Source: a virus
Reading direction: 5' to 3' (one strand)
DNA length: 32,699 nucleotides
Virus record (IMG/VR): IMGVR_UViG_3300045988_140731
Span: 1-32,699 of that record
The notes beneath the pieces were generated by a model that did not search any database, was not told the origin of the DNA, and was given only the letters and a program-made list of their open reading frames with translations. Positions 1 to 10,064 of this stretch are shown here, piece by piece. The translations under genes were made by a program, and so were the position numbers. Every line of letters begins with the position of its first letter. The first letter of the stretch is position 1.

Positions 1-55
1 CCGAAGAACAAAAGAAAAAATACCGTATTCTTGACAACAAGACAAACGAACTTGC
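1..55. repeat. 55-bp terminal direct repeat, identical to 32645..32699; probably assembly overlap of a circular or circularly permuted genome
   Basis: ccgaagaacaaaagaaaaaataccgtattcttgacaacaagacaaacgaacttgc occurs at both window ends. The reading frame is continuous across the junction. Confidence 0.9.
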
Positions 56-932
56 GGAATGGGACTTTGATTTGTTGGAAGAAGAAATCGACGGGTTGGA
101 TTTCGACGGGTTTGATTTTGGATTTGATTTCAATTCGGGCGAAGACGATGCGGAAATTATAGAAGATGAAGTTCCCGAGGTCAATGATGAGATAGAGCCG
201 ACAGTTAAACTTGGTGATATTTGGCAATTAGGCAGACACAGACTGATGTGTGGAGATAGCACTAATGCTGATGAAGTTTCAAAATTAACTGACGGAACAA
301 TTGTTGACTTACTGTTAACAGATCCGCCATATAATGTTAATTATACGGGGGGAACAGAGGATGAATTAAAGATCCAAAACGACAATATGGAGTCCGAGCA
401 GTTTAAGCAATTCTTAACCGATGCTTTTACGGCGGGAGTTTCTTGCCTTAAAGACGGCGGAAGTTTCTATATTTGGTTTGCGAGTCGTGAGCATTGCAAC
501 TTTGAAAATGCGTTAAATGCGAGCGGGTTGTCCGTAAGACAGGAATTGATATGGAAGAAAAATGCACTGGTTCTTGGGCGACAGGATTACCAATGGAAAC
601 ACGAGCCTTGTCTTTACGGATGGAAAGATGGTGCAAGCCATAACTGGTACGGGGACAGAAGTCAAACAACAATACTTGAATTCGATAAACCGACAAGAAG
701 TGCAGATCATCCTACAATGAAACCTGTTGAGCTTTTTGCGTATCAGATAAAAAACAGTACCAAAAAAGGGGAGACTGTTTTGGATCTATTCGGTGGAAGC
801 GGAACGACAATTATCGCTTGTGAGCAGACAGGCAGAACGGCATACTGTATGGAACTCGACGAGAGATATTGCGATGTAATAATTAAAAGATATGAAAACT
901 TAACAGGCGACACAGCGGTTAAGATAAATTAA
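1..932 (+). CDS. DNA methyltransferase (N6A/N4C, beta-class), C-terminal part of the ParB-domain fusion that starts at 32419
   Basis: The frame is open from base 3 and in frame with 32419..32699 through the 55-bp overlap. Motif IV is LLLTDPPYNVNY and it precedes motif I, LDLFGGSGTTIIACE. An acidic linker (DFDGFDFGFDF) separates the domains. Confidence 0.85.
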   Translation, partial: EEQKKKYRILDNKTNELAEWDFDLLEEEIDGLDFDGFDFGFDFNSGEDDAEIIEDEVPEVNDEIEPTVKLGDIWQLGRHRLMCGDSTNADEVSKLTDGTIVDLLLTDPPYNVNYTGGTEDELKIQNDNMESEQFKQFLTDAFTAGVSCLKDGGSFYIWFASREHCNFENALNASGLSVRQELIWKKNALVLGRQDYQWKHEPCLYGWKDGASHNWYGDRSQTTILEFDKPTRSADHPTMKPVELFAYQIKNSTKKGETVLDLFGGSGTTIIACEQTGRTAYCMELDERYCDVIIKRYENLTGDTAVKIN

Positions 933-946
933 ATAAGGAGCGATAT

Positions 947-1747
947 ATGATAGAGAAAGTAAACCCGATGCATCCCGATAAGATAGCTGATAGAATTGCA
1001 GGAGCGATTGTCGATCTTGCTTATACCAAAGCAGAAAATCCGAAAATTGCTGTCGAGGTTCTTATAGGGCATGGCGAGTGTACAATTATTGCTGAAAGTT
1101 CGGTTATAATTGAGTATGGCGAAGTTGTGGATATAGTCAGAAGAATAGCGGGAGCTGTTGGAGTAAGATTTAACCTAACTCCGCAAGACGAGAAACTTGC
1201 AGAAAATCAAAAAAGCGAGATAAGGTGTGGAGACAATGGGATATTCAAAGGTGTCCCTTTAACGGAAGAAGAAAAAACGATGTCGCAAATTGCGAAAGTA
1301 ATATACACGAGTTATCCATACGATGGCAAGTATATACTTGACAATAACAAGCTTATAATTTGTCAAAGTAACGCAAGTTCGGAGAGATTAGGCAATTTTA
1401 TAAGCGAATTGTGTCCGAAGTTTAAAGCGGTAATAAACCCGTTGGGAGACTGGACAGGCGGGACGAATGTTGACACGGGCGCAACAAACAGAAAACTCGG
1501 AAGCGACATGGCGCAAAGCGTAACGGGTGGCGGACTTCACGGCAAAGACCTTTCAAAGGCTGACGTATCGGTGAATATATATGCTTTTAGAAAGGCGCAG
1601 GAAACAGGAAAAACTGTTGAGTTGTGTTGTGCGATAGGAGACACGACAATAGACGGGAAACCGTATTCGGAAATTGTCGAAAAGGCAAGAGAATACATAA
1701 AGACCATTGGCGGGTTTGAAAAATTCGCAGAGTGGGGATTATATTAA
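947..1747 (+). CDS. metK: compact S-adenosylmethionine synthetase (MetK/MAT-like), 266 aa
   Basis: SD AAGGAG lies 6 nt upstream. NPMHPDKIADRIAGAIVD matches MetK GHPDKIADQISDAVLD. CGDNGIFKG matches GAGDQGLMFGY. INPLGDWTGG...DTGATNRKLGSD...GGGLHGKDLSKADVSVNIYA matches INPTGRFVIGGP...GLTGRKIIVDTYGG...[23 protein letters not shown]. Confidence 0.75.
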   Translation: MIEKVNPMHPDKIADRIAGAIVDLAYTKAENPKIAVEVLIGHGECTIIAESSVIIEYGEVVDIVRRIAGAVGVRFNLTPQDEKLAENQKSEIRCGDNGIFKGVPLTEEEKTMSQIAKVIYTSYPYDGKYILDNNKLIICQSNASSERLGNFISELCPKFKAVINPLGDWTGGTNVDTGATNRKLGSDMAQSVTGGGLHGKDLSKADVSVNIYAFRKAQETGKTVELCCAIGDTTIDGKPYSEIVEKAREYIKTIGGFEKFAEWGLY

Positions 1748-1769
1748 AGGAGAATGTGAAAATAAAATC

Positions 1770-2147
1770 ATGGCAACAGTACGAGGGAGACCTTTCGAGA
1801 AAGGGCGAAGCAGCGAAGAAGCAGCCGAAAGCGGAAGAAAGGGCGGAATAGCGTCAGGAGTTGCGAGAAGACAAGCGAAAGACTGGCGCAACTTAACTCT
1901 TGCCATATTAGAAATGCCGATTAAAGAGGGCGATATCGACGAAATAACTTCGCTTGCAAGCGTTAAAGGAAAGAATATAACAACAAGTCAAGCGATTATA
2001 TTGGCGCAGGTTCGACGGGCGATAGAAGGAGATACTCGATCTGCCGAGTTCATCTGTAAGGTATCGGGAAGCGATATAACAACAGAAGACAAGGAAACGG
2101 AACTTGCGGAGATGGCAAGATTACGAGATGAGGCGTTAAACAAATGA
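1770..2147 (+). CDS. terS: terminase small subunit (putative)
   Basis: Internal ATG of ORF 1707..2147, located after the metK stop. The N-terminus is basic (GRPFEKGRSSEEAAESGRKGG). It sits directly upstream of terL with an ATGA overlap. Confidence 0.6.
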   Translation: MATVRGRPFEKGRSSEEAAESGRKGGIASGVARRQAKDWRNLTLAILEMPIKEGDIDEITSLASVKGKNITTSQAIILAQVRRAIEGDTRSAEFICKVSGSDITTEDKETELAEMARLRDEALNK

Positions 2148-3466
2148 AACCTTATATGTTCACGGAAAAACAGCGCAAATGCATAAAAACGCCGCCAAAG
2201 ACCTGGAACATATGGTGCGGAGCGGTGCGAAGCGGTAAAAGTTATGCTACCATTATGGAGATGCCGTGGAAAATCGCAAAACACAAAGACGAGCCGTGCC
2301 TTATAGTAGCGAAAACGCTCGCAATGGTTGAAAAAAACGTTTTATCAATTGCACGGGCGCAATACGGGAACAAGATCGGTTTTATTCGAAGTACAGCGGA
2401 CGGCAGGCGAGTAGTAGACATATTCGGCAAAGAGATAGATTGTGTCGGAGCGAACGATGCGAGAAGCGCGGCGAAGATACACGGAACGGAGTACGGATAT
2501 GTATATGGCGACGAAGTAGTCTTGTGGGACGAAGCGTTTTTCACTATGTTGCAGTCAAGGTTAAGCCTTGCAGACAGTGAGTTTGACGGAACTTGTAACC
2601 CTGAAAGCCCGTCGCATTACTTGAAGCAGTTTATGGACAGCCCGACATTCGACGGAAACTGTTTCGAGTTTACGCTGTGGGATAACCCTTACTTGCCGAA
2701 GCATTACATAGAGCGGTTAGAGAACGAGTACAGGGGAACGATATATTACGACCGTTTCATTTTAGGAAAGTGGACGAGTTGTGAAGGGCAGGTCTTTCCG
2801 CTGTTCAGGAGAGACAAGCATTATATCACGCCTGACAGATACACCGAACTGTTCAATGAGAATATGGGCAAGATACGGTATTGTATTGTGGGCGGAGACG
2901 GGGCGACAACGAACGATAGTACGGCGTTAGTGCCTTTGATGATATTCTCGGACGGACACGCTTGCGTAGGTGATATATTTTATCATAACCCGAAAGAGAG
3001 CGGACAGTTATCGAACGCTGACCTTATTCCCTATATCCGACAATGGTATGATGACCTAATCAGGAAGTACGCATTGGATAGGGGCGGGGTTAGGTTTTAT
3101 ACGGCAGTGGACTGTGCGGCGGCGGACTTAGTGCTGACGATGCGGAAGAACTTGCCGACGAACTATAACATTACGGCGATGACGAAGAAGTCTATCACGC
3201 AGACGACGGATGTTGTGAACAACGCCTTTGCGAGGGACTTAGTACATATTCTTGATGTTGGTGGGACTTATAACTATGTGAGACGAAGATTTGAAAGCGG
3301 AGTGTCGCAGTTGGTTATAGACCTTGAACGGATGATATGGGCGAAAGGCAACGAAACTTACGATGCGAGCGTTCCGAACGACGTGGCTGACGCGTTCAGG
3401 TACGCCGTGAATACTTATTACAATAACCCGCTGAATATGTGGGACACGCCTGATTTCGGGCAATAG
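2144..3466 (+). CDS. terL: terminase large subunit
   Basis: 440 aa with a Walker A-like motif, CGAVRSGKSY. Walker B-like motif is YVYGDEV. It is followed by the portal gene. Confidence 0.85.
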   Translation: MKPYMFTEKQRKCIKTPPKTWNIWCGAVRSGKSYATIMEMPWKIAKHKDEPCLIVAKTLAMVEKNVLSIARAQYGNKIGFIRSTADGRRVVDIFGKEIDCVGANDARSAAKIHGTEYGYVYGDEVVLWDEAFFTMLQSRLSLADSEFDGTCNPESPSHYLKQFMDSPTFDGNCFEFTLWDNPYLPKHYIERLENEYRGTIYYDRFILGKWTSCEGQVFPLFRRDKHYITPDRYTELFNENMGKIRYCIVGGDGATTNDSTALVPLMIFSDGHACVGDIFYHNPKESGQLSNADLIPYIRQWYDDLIRKYALDRGGVRFYTAVDCAAADLVLTMRKNLPTNYNITAMTKKSITQTTDVVNNAFARDLVHILDVGGTYNYVRRRFESGVSQLVIDLERMIWAKGNETYDASVPNDVADAFRYAVNTYYNNPLNMWDTPDFGQ

Positions 3467-3477
3467 AAAGGTGAATT

Positions 3478-5124
3478 ATGGACTGTGATTTTAACTCATT
3501 AGAATTTGCACCGTGGCAGACTGGGGCGGCGTTCAACGCGTACCACACTTACAGTTTCGTCAACAACAGTGTATTCTATTCGATGATACCGTCGTATTAT
3601 CGGGAATATATGAAGCGTTATGTGCAGAATGCTTTGTGGTGGAACGATGGCTGGGTGCCGTATTTCCACAATCAGGACAAGGGCATTTTGTCGACGAGAC
3701 TGGCGGGAGCGATTGTTGATAGAGTTGCGAGAAAAGTTGCAGGCTCGCGCATTATGTACAAAAATGTGGGCGAACTCAAAGACGACAAGGGAAGCAATGT
3801 AACCCGTAACTTTATAGCCGACTGGGCAAAACGAGTAAGGTTTGAAAGCGCGTTGAAGCGTGGCATTAAGTACGCGGCGGCGGGCGGCACTGCATTGTTG
3901 AAGACAAACAAGAACGCTGACGGCGATTTGTGGGTGGAGAGTTTAAGGTTTGACAGATTTATACCCACGGTGGATGCTGCAACGGGGCTTGTGCGCGATG
4001 TGAAATGCTATTTGAACTTTGTCATTGACGAGAGCAAGAGCAAGGACGGCGAGAGAACGGGCGCGTATTGCCTTATAGAGCATAGGTATTTCGGGGAATA
4101 TACCACGGTGACGGGCGAAGTGATAAAGAACGCCGCATTGGTGGAGTACGAAGTAACAAGGGCTTACGGGAGCATTACGAACGGAGAATTCGTCGGAAAC
4201 TCTTATGAGCGCATAAAGTGGGTAAATTTGCCCGACAAGATAAGAAAAGCGTTCAAGGACAATTACGGCACGGTTAGGCTGGATGAGCCTATTTTAATGC
4301 CTTTTAAGGATTGGCTCGGTTGCGAACTTATGAACTGGACGGACGGTATAACGGGAATGCCTGGGATGCCGTTTGGTGAAAGTTTAATCTTAAAAGCAAT
4401 ACCGTTCTTGCAGGAATATGACTACCTTACAAGTGTCTATGGAACAGAGATGTATCTTGGGCGCGCAAGGGTTATATTATCGCAAGGACTTGACAGCGGA
4501 ACCAACAGAGCGGGGCTTGCTGGCGGCTGGGATAGCGCATTGAACGACCAGGCATTTGTGAGAACGCCGAGTGTAAATCCCGAAGATGATAAACCGTTGC
4601 CGATACAATTCGAGATACGCTCGGAAGCGTTGGCGAAGATGAGAAACAACCTGCTTGAAGCAATAGCGGTGAACATAGGGATATCCCCGTCAACATTGGC
4701 GCCGTTCTTACAGGATAGCAGTGCGAGAACCGCAAGGGAAGTATCCACGGAAGAAAACGAAACGGCTGCGTTTGTTGCGGACACAAGGTCTGTGCTGGAA
4801 ACGGCGATAAACGCAACATTGAAGCATATATGCGAATACTATCGTGCATTGCATCCTGAACTGGTGGATACGGTGGGGATAAGGTGGTCGCAGGCTGGAC
4901 TGTCTAACCCGTATATGACGACGGAAATGATGACACAGCAGTACAACGCAGGTCTTATCAGCCTTAAAGGAGCAATATCGGCATTGAACCCTGACGAAGA
5001 CGAAGCGCAGATTGACAAACTTGTCGAAGAAGCGAAAGCGGATGCAATGGGACACGCTGATTTTAACGATAAGGACTATTACGATGATAACGAGACAGTT
5101 GAACCCGCAGGCGATAACGCTTGA
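3478..5124 (+). CDS. portal protein
   Basis: 548 aa, immediately after terL and before the MuF-like and scaffold genes. It has an acidic C-terminus. Confidence 0.8.
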   Translation: MDCDFNSLEFAPWQTGAAFNAYHTYSFVNNSVFYSMIPSYYREYMKRYVQNALWWNDGWVPYFHNQDKGILSTRLAGAIVDRVARKVAGSRIMYKNVGELKDDKGSNVTRNFIADWAKRVRFESALKRGIKYAAAGGTALLKTNKNADGDLWVESLRFDRFIPTVDAATGLVRDVKCYLNFVIDESKSKDGERTGAYCLIEHRYFGEYTTVTGEVIKNAALVEYEVTRAYGSITNGEFVGNSYERIKWVNLPDKIRKAFKDNYGTVRLDEPILMPFKDWLGCELMNWTDGITGMPGMPFGESLILKAIPFLQEYDYLTSVYGTEMYLGRARVILSQGLDSGTNRAGLAGGWDSALNDQAFVRTPSVNPEDDKPLPIQFEIRSEALAKMRNNLLEAIAVNIGISPSTLAPFLQDSSARTAREVSTEENETAAFVADTRSVLETAINATLKHICEYYRALHPELVDTVGIRWSQAGLSNPYMTTEMMTQQYNAGLISLKGAISALNPDEDEAQIDKLVEEAKADAMGHADFNDKDYYDDNETVEPAGDNA

Positions 5125-6013
5125 AGACGCACAGGGCGAGATTAAGAAGACCATAAAGGACGCATATCTTGCGGGAAAGAGCCGCAGAGAGACCGAACGG
5201 CTTGTTGCTTTAATCATTGCGGCGGCGGTCAAGAAACTACATACTCCTGCGCTGATAGATTGCGCGCCACGGTCATTGTGGGCAATGGCGAGAAAGGTGT
5301 ACAGTAACTTTTCGACACTGAACGCAGAGACTTTGAAAACCATTGCAAAAGGTGTTCCGACGGGGCAATATCCGAAGACTTATATGAAGCAAGTCAACGA
5401 CACCTTGCGGAAGATAGCGGATATACAAGCGTTGGATGCGGACGATGTCACGGGACGAAACTCGTTGAGAAACCGTGCAGAGATGGAAGTGCGGTACGAG
5501 TATCATCAGAACGAGATTGCGGACTTTAAGAAACAAGGCGCGAAGTTGGTAATATGTAGCACGCACGCCGACTGTTCAGATAGGTGTTATCCGTGGCAGG
5601 GTAGGGTTTATAGTTTAGACCACACAACGGGTATTACGGCGGACGGAAAGCGGTATATTCCGCTCGAAACGGCAACGGATATATATTATACCACAAAGGC
5701 AGGAAAAACCTATAAAAACGGCTTGTTGGGCTTTAACTGCCGACACAGGTTATACGAGTACAAAGACGGAATGCAAGTGCCTTATGTTTCGGCAAAGGAA
5801 CAAAAGCAAGAGTATGCGATAACCGTGAGACAAAGGCAAATGGAAACGCAGATAAGACACTATCGGGAAGAATACCTGATTTACCACGGCACGACCGACG
5901 AAGCGTTGGCACAGAGAGCGAGAAAAAAGGCGATAGCACTGAACAAGCGATATATTGCTTTCAGCCAAAAGAACGAAAGGGCGTACTATCCCGACAGGGT
6001 TAAAATCATTTAA
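5084..6013 (+). CDS. minor head / head-morphogenesis protein (Mu F / SPP1 gp7-like)
   Basis: ATG 5084 has AAGGA 8 nt upstream. Cys/His-rich core: CSTHADCSDRCYPWQGRVYSL...GFNCRHRL. Position after the portal gene fits. Confidence 0.7.
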   Translation: MITRQLNPQAITLEDAQGEIKKTIKDAYLAGKSRRETERLVALIIAAAVKKLHTPALIDCAPRSLWAMARKVYSNFSTLNAETLKTIAKGVPTGQYPKTYMKQVNDTLRKIADIQALDADDVTGRNSLRNRAEMEVRYEYHQNEIADFKKQGAKLVICSTHADCSDRCYPWQGRVYSLDHTTGITADGKRYIPLETATDIYYTTKAGKTYKNGLLGFNCRHRLYEYKDGMQVPYVSAKEQKQEYAITVRQRQMETQIRHYREEYLIYHGTTDEALAQRARKKAIALNKRYIAFSQKNERAYYPDRVKII

Positions 6014-6149
6014 GTCAATAACAGTAGCAAAGTTTGCGGTTTGGACGGAGAGAACGGCACAGCCGTTGCAGAACGGACTAAAAGACGGAACGGCGGGGAA
6101 CTGTTGGAGAATAGAATATTCTAAATACATTAAAAAGGAGCAAAACATT

Positions 6150-6650
6150 ATGGCAATTTTTGGACGAAAGAAGCCGACACTCGAAGAAATCTTATCGATG
6201 ATTGACGGCTTGCCCGAAGAAGATAAAACCAAACTCACGGAACACCTGACCGAACGCCACGACGAAGAAGAAAAAGCGTATGAGGAAAAGGAACAGGGCG
6301 AAGAACTCGAAGAGAAAGGCGAAGTCGAAAAGGGCGAAGAAGAAGTGGAGCAAGCAGACGAAGCACACGAAGAAGCGACGGAAGATGCCGAAAAGGCAGA
6401 AGACGAAGCCGAGGCGGACAAAGAGTATGCGGAAGAAGAAAAGCACGACGAAGAAGACACGGAAAGCGTGGACGAACGAGAAGCGGTCTTTAAGGCATAC
6501 GAAGAACGAATTGCAAAACTCGAAGAAACCGTTGCGAGAATGGCTGAAAGGCTGGAAGACAAAGAATTCGGCGCAATGGGAACGGCAAACCCGACCACGG
6601 ACAATGGCGAGTGGGTGGGAAGACACACAAAAGCCTATTTTGGCAGATAA
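6150..6650 (+). CDS. scaffolding protein (highly acidic, Glu-rich coiled coil)
   Basis: ATG 6150 follows AAAAAGGAG. There is a long E/K/D-rich helical tract. It lies immediately upstream of the capsid gene. Confidence 0.7.
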   Translation: MAIFGRKKPTLEEILSMIDGLPEEDKTKLTEHLTERHDEEEKAYEEKEQGEELEEKGEVEKGEEEVEQADEAHEEATEDAEKAEDEAEADKEYAEEEKHDEEDTESVDEREAVFKAYEERIAKLEETVARMAERLEDKEFGAMGTANPTTDNGEWVGRHTKAYFGR

Positions 6651-6678
6651 CACAACAAATTAAAAGGAGATTTTTATT

Positions 6679-7974
6679 ATGGCAGCACAACTTGGTAATT
6701 ACAAAGAGCCGTTTGTAAACGGCGCAACTCTTAAAAGACTGTATTCGGCAGTCGTTAAGGATAACATTTTTCAAGACCTCTTTACGAGAGATGGCGAAGC
6801 GGTAACGGAAAAATACTGCGAAGACACTTCTGTCGCGCAGGTAACCGTTCTGCGTATTCTTCCTGGCAACGGCGCGGCTCGTGCTATCGGCGCGGACACG
6901 AACGGCGGTTTCTTCAACGACAACCCTGCGTTCTTCAACCAGACCGAAGCGTACAATATCGACTTGCTCGACGTTGTTGACTTTATGATTGATATCCCCG
7001 AAGTACAGCAGGATATGATGTCCACCGACCTTGTCGCACAAAGGGCTAAAATCCTGGGCGGTCAGGTATCTCGCGCGGTCAACGCTATGACCATTGCGGC
7101 ACAACTTGCAAGGAACTTCAACGATATCGCAAGCGGCAAAGTTGAGAAGAACTGGATTGTTATGGACGCAACTCCTGCAACTGGCGCATATCTCAAATAC
7201 ATCGTCAAAGCGAGCGCAAACCTTGACAACGGCAACCCTGACGAAGGTATCGACACCTATCCTATCGAAGAAAGGGCTATCTTCCTGCGTGCTGACTATA
7301 AGGGCGAACTTATGGCGGCTGGTCAACTCCTTGTTGGCGGCTCGAATGCGGCGCAGTATATGCTTAAAGACGGCGGTTTGTCTCCCGAAGACAAATCGGA
7401 CAACGTGACTGGTTTCAGCGGTCGTATCCTCGATATGCCTGTCTATATGGCTGGCGAAGCGGTATGGAATATGGCGGCATCGTATCTCGGCATCGCTCCC
7501 GACAAAATCAAAGGCGTTAAAGGTATTGTTGTATCGGGTATCGGCACTGGTCGTGGTCTTGCGTTCAACGCATCGATTAAACAAATCGACAGCCCGAACG
7601 GCGCAGGTCAGAGAATGCAACCTTTGTATCGCTTCGGTGCGGAATGCTGGGATGCACTTTCGGTTGTACCTATCGTCGAAAACGGCTTCACTAACCCTGC
7701 AACGGCTGTCGCGCAACTTACGGTCGTCGCTCCTGGCTCTCGTCTGTACACTGTAACTTACGATAAGGGCGCAGGCACGGGTACGGCTCCCGAGGCAGTA
7801 TCGGGCAAGAAATACGGCGAAGCAATCGTTCTTGCGGCAGGCACGGGCTTGACCTTGTCGGGTAAGACTTTCAAAGGTTGGGATGAAAACAAAGACGCAA
7901 CCGCTCCGAAATACGCGGCGGGCGCACAATATGTTGTCAAGACCAACGCAACGCTTTACGCAATCTTTGCTTAA
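6679..7974 (+). CDS. major capsid protein with C-terminal Listeria-Bacteroides (Flg_new-type) repeat domain
   Basis: SD AAAAGGAG. 431 aa, directly after the scaffold gene. The last ~74 aa are YTVTYDKGAGTGTAP...GKTFKGWDENKDATAPKYAAGAQYVVKTNATLYAIFA. Confidence 0.75.
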   Translation: MAAQLGNYKEPFVNGATLKRLYSAVVKDNIFQDLFTRDGEAVTEKYCEDTSVAQVTVLRILPGNGAARAIGADTNGGFFNDNPAFFNQTEAYNIDLLDVVDFMIDIPEVQQDMMSTDLVAQRAKILGGQVSRAVNAMTIAAQLARNFNDIASGKVEKNWIVMDATPATGAYLKYIVKASANLDNGNPDEGIDTYPIEERAIFLRADYKGELMAAGQLLVGGSNAAQYMLKDGGLSPEDKSDNVTGFSGRILDMPVYMAGEAVWNMAASYLGIAPDKIKGVKGIVVSGIGTGRGLAFNASIKQIDSPNGAGQRMQPLYRFGAECWDALSVVPIVENGFTNPATAVAQLTVVAPGSRLYTVTYDKGAGTGTAPEAVSGKKYGEAIVLAAGTGLTLSGKTFKGWDENKDATAPKYAAGAQYVVKTNATLYAIFA

Positions 7975-7982
7975 AGACAATA

Positions 7983-8000
7983 GGGGCGGGAAACCGCTCC
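7983..8000 (+). other. GC-rich hairpin after the capsid gene (ggggcgg-GAAA-ccgctcc)
   Basis: 7-bp stem including one G-U pair, with a GAAA tetraloop. There is no U-tract, so it may be an RNA stabiliser or processing element rather than a strong terminator. Confidence 0.35.
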
Positions 8001-8055
8001 TTATGTGCGAGTAAGAGTATAGCCGTGCAACTCGGCAAACTTGCAAGGAGACAAT

Positions 8056-8532
8056 ATGATACAGAAACCTTTTAACGATGCGGATTTAATCTACAATTAC
8101 GAAGAACACAGATATGTGCCGACAACCGACTTTATATTAAGGAAAACAGGCATAGACCTTGTGAACGGCAATATCCTTAACAGCGTTGACGATGCGAACC
8201 CGTCCGAACTCGGTGATAGAGTATTGGACGAGATAAGCGCGCATATTTACGCCACAATCTACGGAATGACGCTTAACGAGAACTATGTATCGTTTATGCT
8301 CGCGTGCGACACAGAGTACAGGGACAGGCTGAAAAGGGTGTTCGTCAACGAAGTGCGCTATGCGTTGAGAGCAGGCGACTTTTGGTTTACTTTGGATGAA
8401 ATGGAAAGAGCGAACTTTATCACGAGAGACAGCGTGAACTTGCTGAACAGGCAACACTCGGAAACGGGCATAAGGCTGTTATATAGGGGCAGATTTAATA
8501 TGCTGTGCCGCAAGGTAGATTGGGAGTGGTAG
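8056..8532 (+). CDS. head-tail connector/adaptor (putative)
   Basis: ATG 8056 is 5 nt after AAGGAG. The call rests only on its position after the capsid gene. Confidence 0.45.
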   Translation: MIQKPFNDADLIYNYEEHRYVPTTDFILRKTGIDLVNGNILNSVDDANPSELGDRVLDEISAHIYATIYGMTLNENYVSFMLACDTEYRDRLKRVFVNEVRYALRAGDFWFTLDEMERANFITRDSVNLLNRQHSETGIRLLYRGRFNMLCRKVDWEW

Positions 8533-8533
8533 A

Positions 8534-8917
8534 ATGGGACTGAACGCACTTAACAGGAATGACAAGTATAATGTGTCGGCGGTGTATTATAAGCGCGAAC
8601 ACATAATGACGGACGGGACGGCGATGTGCGGAACACATATCAAGGTCAAGATAGAAGACAAGCGCAACAAGAGCGTAAGTCAGCCGATACAAAACCTTAT
8701 GACCGACAGCACAACAATGCTTGTAAGCACAAGGAACTTGCAGGAATACGACAAGTATGACGAATTGTACCTTATGGGCAAGCGGTGGCAGATAGTCGAA
8801 TTACAGACGGCTTACGAGAACACCGAGATAAACGGACTGACTAACCCGCAACTGTTGGCAGTACACTATCTTGCGTTGAACGAGTTAGGGGGTGAGCCTT
8901 TGTGGATAAGACCATAG
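8534..8917 (+). CDS. structural (neck) protein, unknown function
   Basis: A 127-aa ORF with a GGGAGTGG SD, located in the neck module. Confidence 0.5.
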   Translation: MGLNALNRNDKYNVSAVYYKREHIMTDGTAMCGTHIKVKIEDKRNKSVSQPIQNLMTDSTTMLVSTRNLQEYDKYDELYLMGKRWQIVELQTAYENTEINGLTNPQLLAVHYLALNELGGEPLWIRP

Positions 8918-9204
8918 TATATGCTGTTTGGGAAACATTCTTTTATATTCGCGACCGCGCGCCTATTCGTACAGGGAATTTGCGCTACAATGCAATGACT
9001 TACGAAATGCTCAAAACAAGAGCGAATATCTATGTGGACGAAAAAATCGCTCCGTATATGAAATATACTAACGAGAATTGGAACAACTTTCGACCGCCTT
9101 TGTACGGCAGGCAAAACCCTAACGAAGGCTGGTGGGATAGAGCCGCGCACGATGCGGTGTATATGTTGGCTAATATGTTAGGGGGAACGGTACAAGAAGT
9201 ATGA
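8902..9204 (+). CDS. HK97 gp10-like head-tail joining protein (putative)
   Basis: GTG start 7 nt after GGGGGTGA. RDRAPIRTGNLRYN resembles the aP.dTG.Lr motif of the HK97 gp10 family. Confidence 0.5.
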   Translation: MDKTIVYAVWETFFYIRDRAPIRTGNLRYNAMTYEMLKTRANIYVDEKIAPYMKYTNENWNNFRPPLYGRQNPNEGWWDRAAHDAVYMLANMLGGTVQEV

Positions 9205-10064
9205 TTGAAGTTAAGCAATTTGTTGATATAATCGAAAATCAATTAAACGCGCTTGCGGTCGGAAAGGACTTCGTATTCAAGATATACCCGAACGAGGGCG
9301 AGTTTGTTGATGTTATACAGTCATCTCAAACGGAACTCCCGAAAGATGTAATCTATGGCGTGGTAACCTTTTTGCCGAACACAACTATCCCGTTGGCGAA
9401 CTTGGGTATTTTCAACATTACTGCGAGTTTGTCTATTTTAGCACCCGTAACAAGGGGCGCGTTAAGCAATGACGATACTTACGGACACGTCAATGAGATA
9501 GCGGATATCTTGCAGAATTACTACCAACAGCAGACGGGTGCGAGTGGCACTTTAACCGACAAAAGCAATACGGCATACAAGTATGTGCTGGGCATTAACA
9601 CTCCGCAGACAGGGCAAGAGAGCGTTTACGGGAAAGCAGGAAGAGCCGTGCCGTTGTCTATGGTGTTATCGTGGCAACTCATACGGGGCGGCGTGTTGTT
9701 CACCGATGTTCACGTACTTATCGACGGAACGGAAGTCGTATGCACGGACTTCGGCGCAGAACTGAATGTCGGGCAACAGACGGACAACATCCAAAATCAA
9801 GCGTATTTGAAGTCGTATCCGCAAAGTCAGAGCCTGTCGATGACGGTGCAAGTACCGTACCAAAACACGGCATTGTGCAGGAAACTCATTGCACAATTAT
9901 GGGACGGCACATTACAGCAGTCTTTCACGGTAAAATACTACGATGGCACAACCTACACGGAAGAAACAGCAATCACGAAGAATATGATTGCAAGCAGAAT
10001 AATCACGAACGCACAGCCTGGCACGAATATGGGCATTGTTGCAACATTTACTTTATCAAGGTAA
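9201..10064 (+). CDS. tail protein (terminator/tube-like, putative)
   Basis: 287 aa with an ATGA overlap to the upstream gene. The function is inferred from position only. Confidence 0.4.
   Translation: MIEVKQFVDIIENQLNALAVGKDFVFKIYPNEGEFVDVIQSSQTELPKDVIYGVVTFLPNTTIPLANLGIFNITASLSILAPVTRGALSNDDTYGHVNEIADILQNYYQQQTGASGTLTDKSNTAYKYVLGINTPQTGQESVYGKAGRAVPLSMVLSWQLIRGGVLFTDVHVLIDGTEVVCTDFGAELNVGQQTDNIQNQAYLKSYPQSQSLSMTVQVPYQNTALCRKLIAQLWDGTLQQSFTVKYYDGTTYTEETAITKNMIASRIITNAQPGTNMGIVATFTLSR

Noticed and set aside
1338-1359. TTGACA followed by TATAAT inside the metK-like gene
   Set aside because: The spacer is only 10 nt, which is incompatible with a functional sigma70/SigA promoter.
6280-6663. 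127-aa extremely Lys/Arg-rich ORF overlapping the scaffold gene in another frame
   Set aside because: It is the frame-shifted image of GAA/GAG-rich (Glu) coding sequence, where GAAGAA reads as AAGAAG. It has no independent SD and is most likely a compositional artefact.
5750-8046. Long minus-strand ORFs (5750..6628, 292 aa, Ser-rich; 6490..8046, 518 aa, Arg/Cys-rich)
   Set aside because: They lie antisense to the well-supported scaffold and capsid genes. They have odd low-complexity composition and no SD. Their length is explained by the codon bias of the sense genes.
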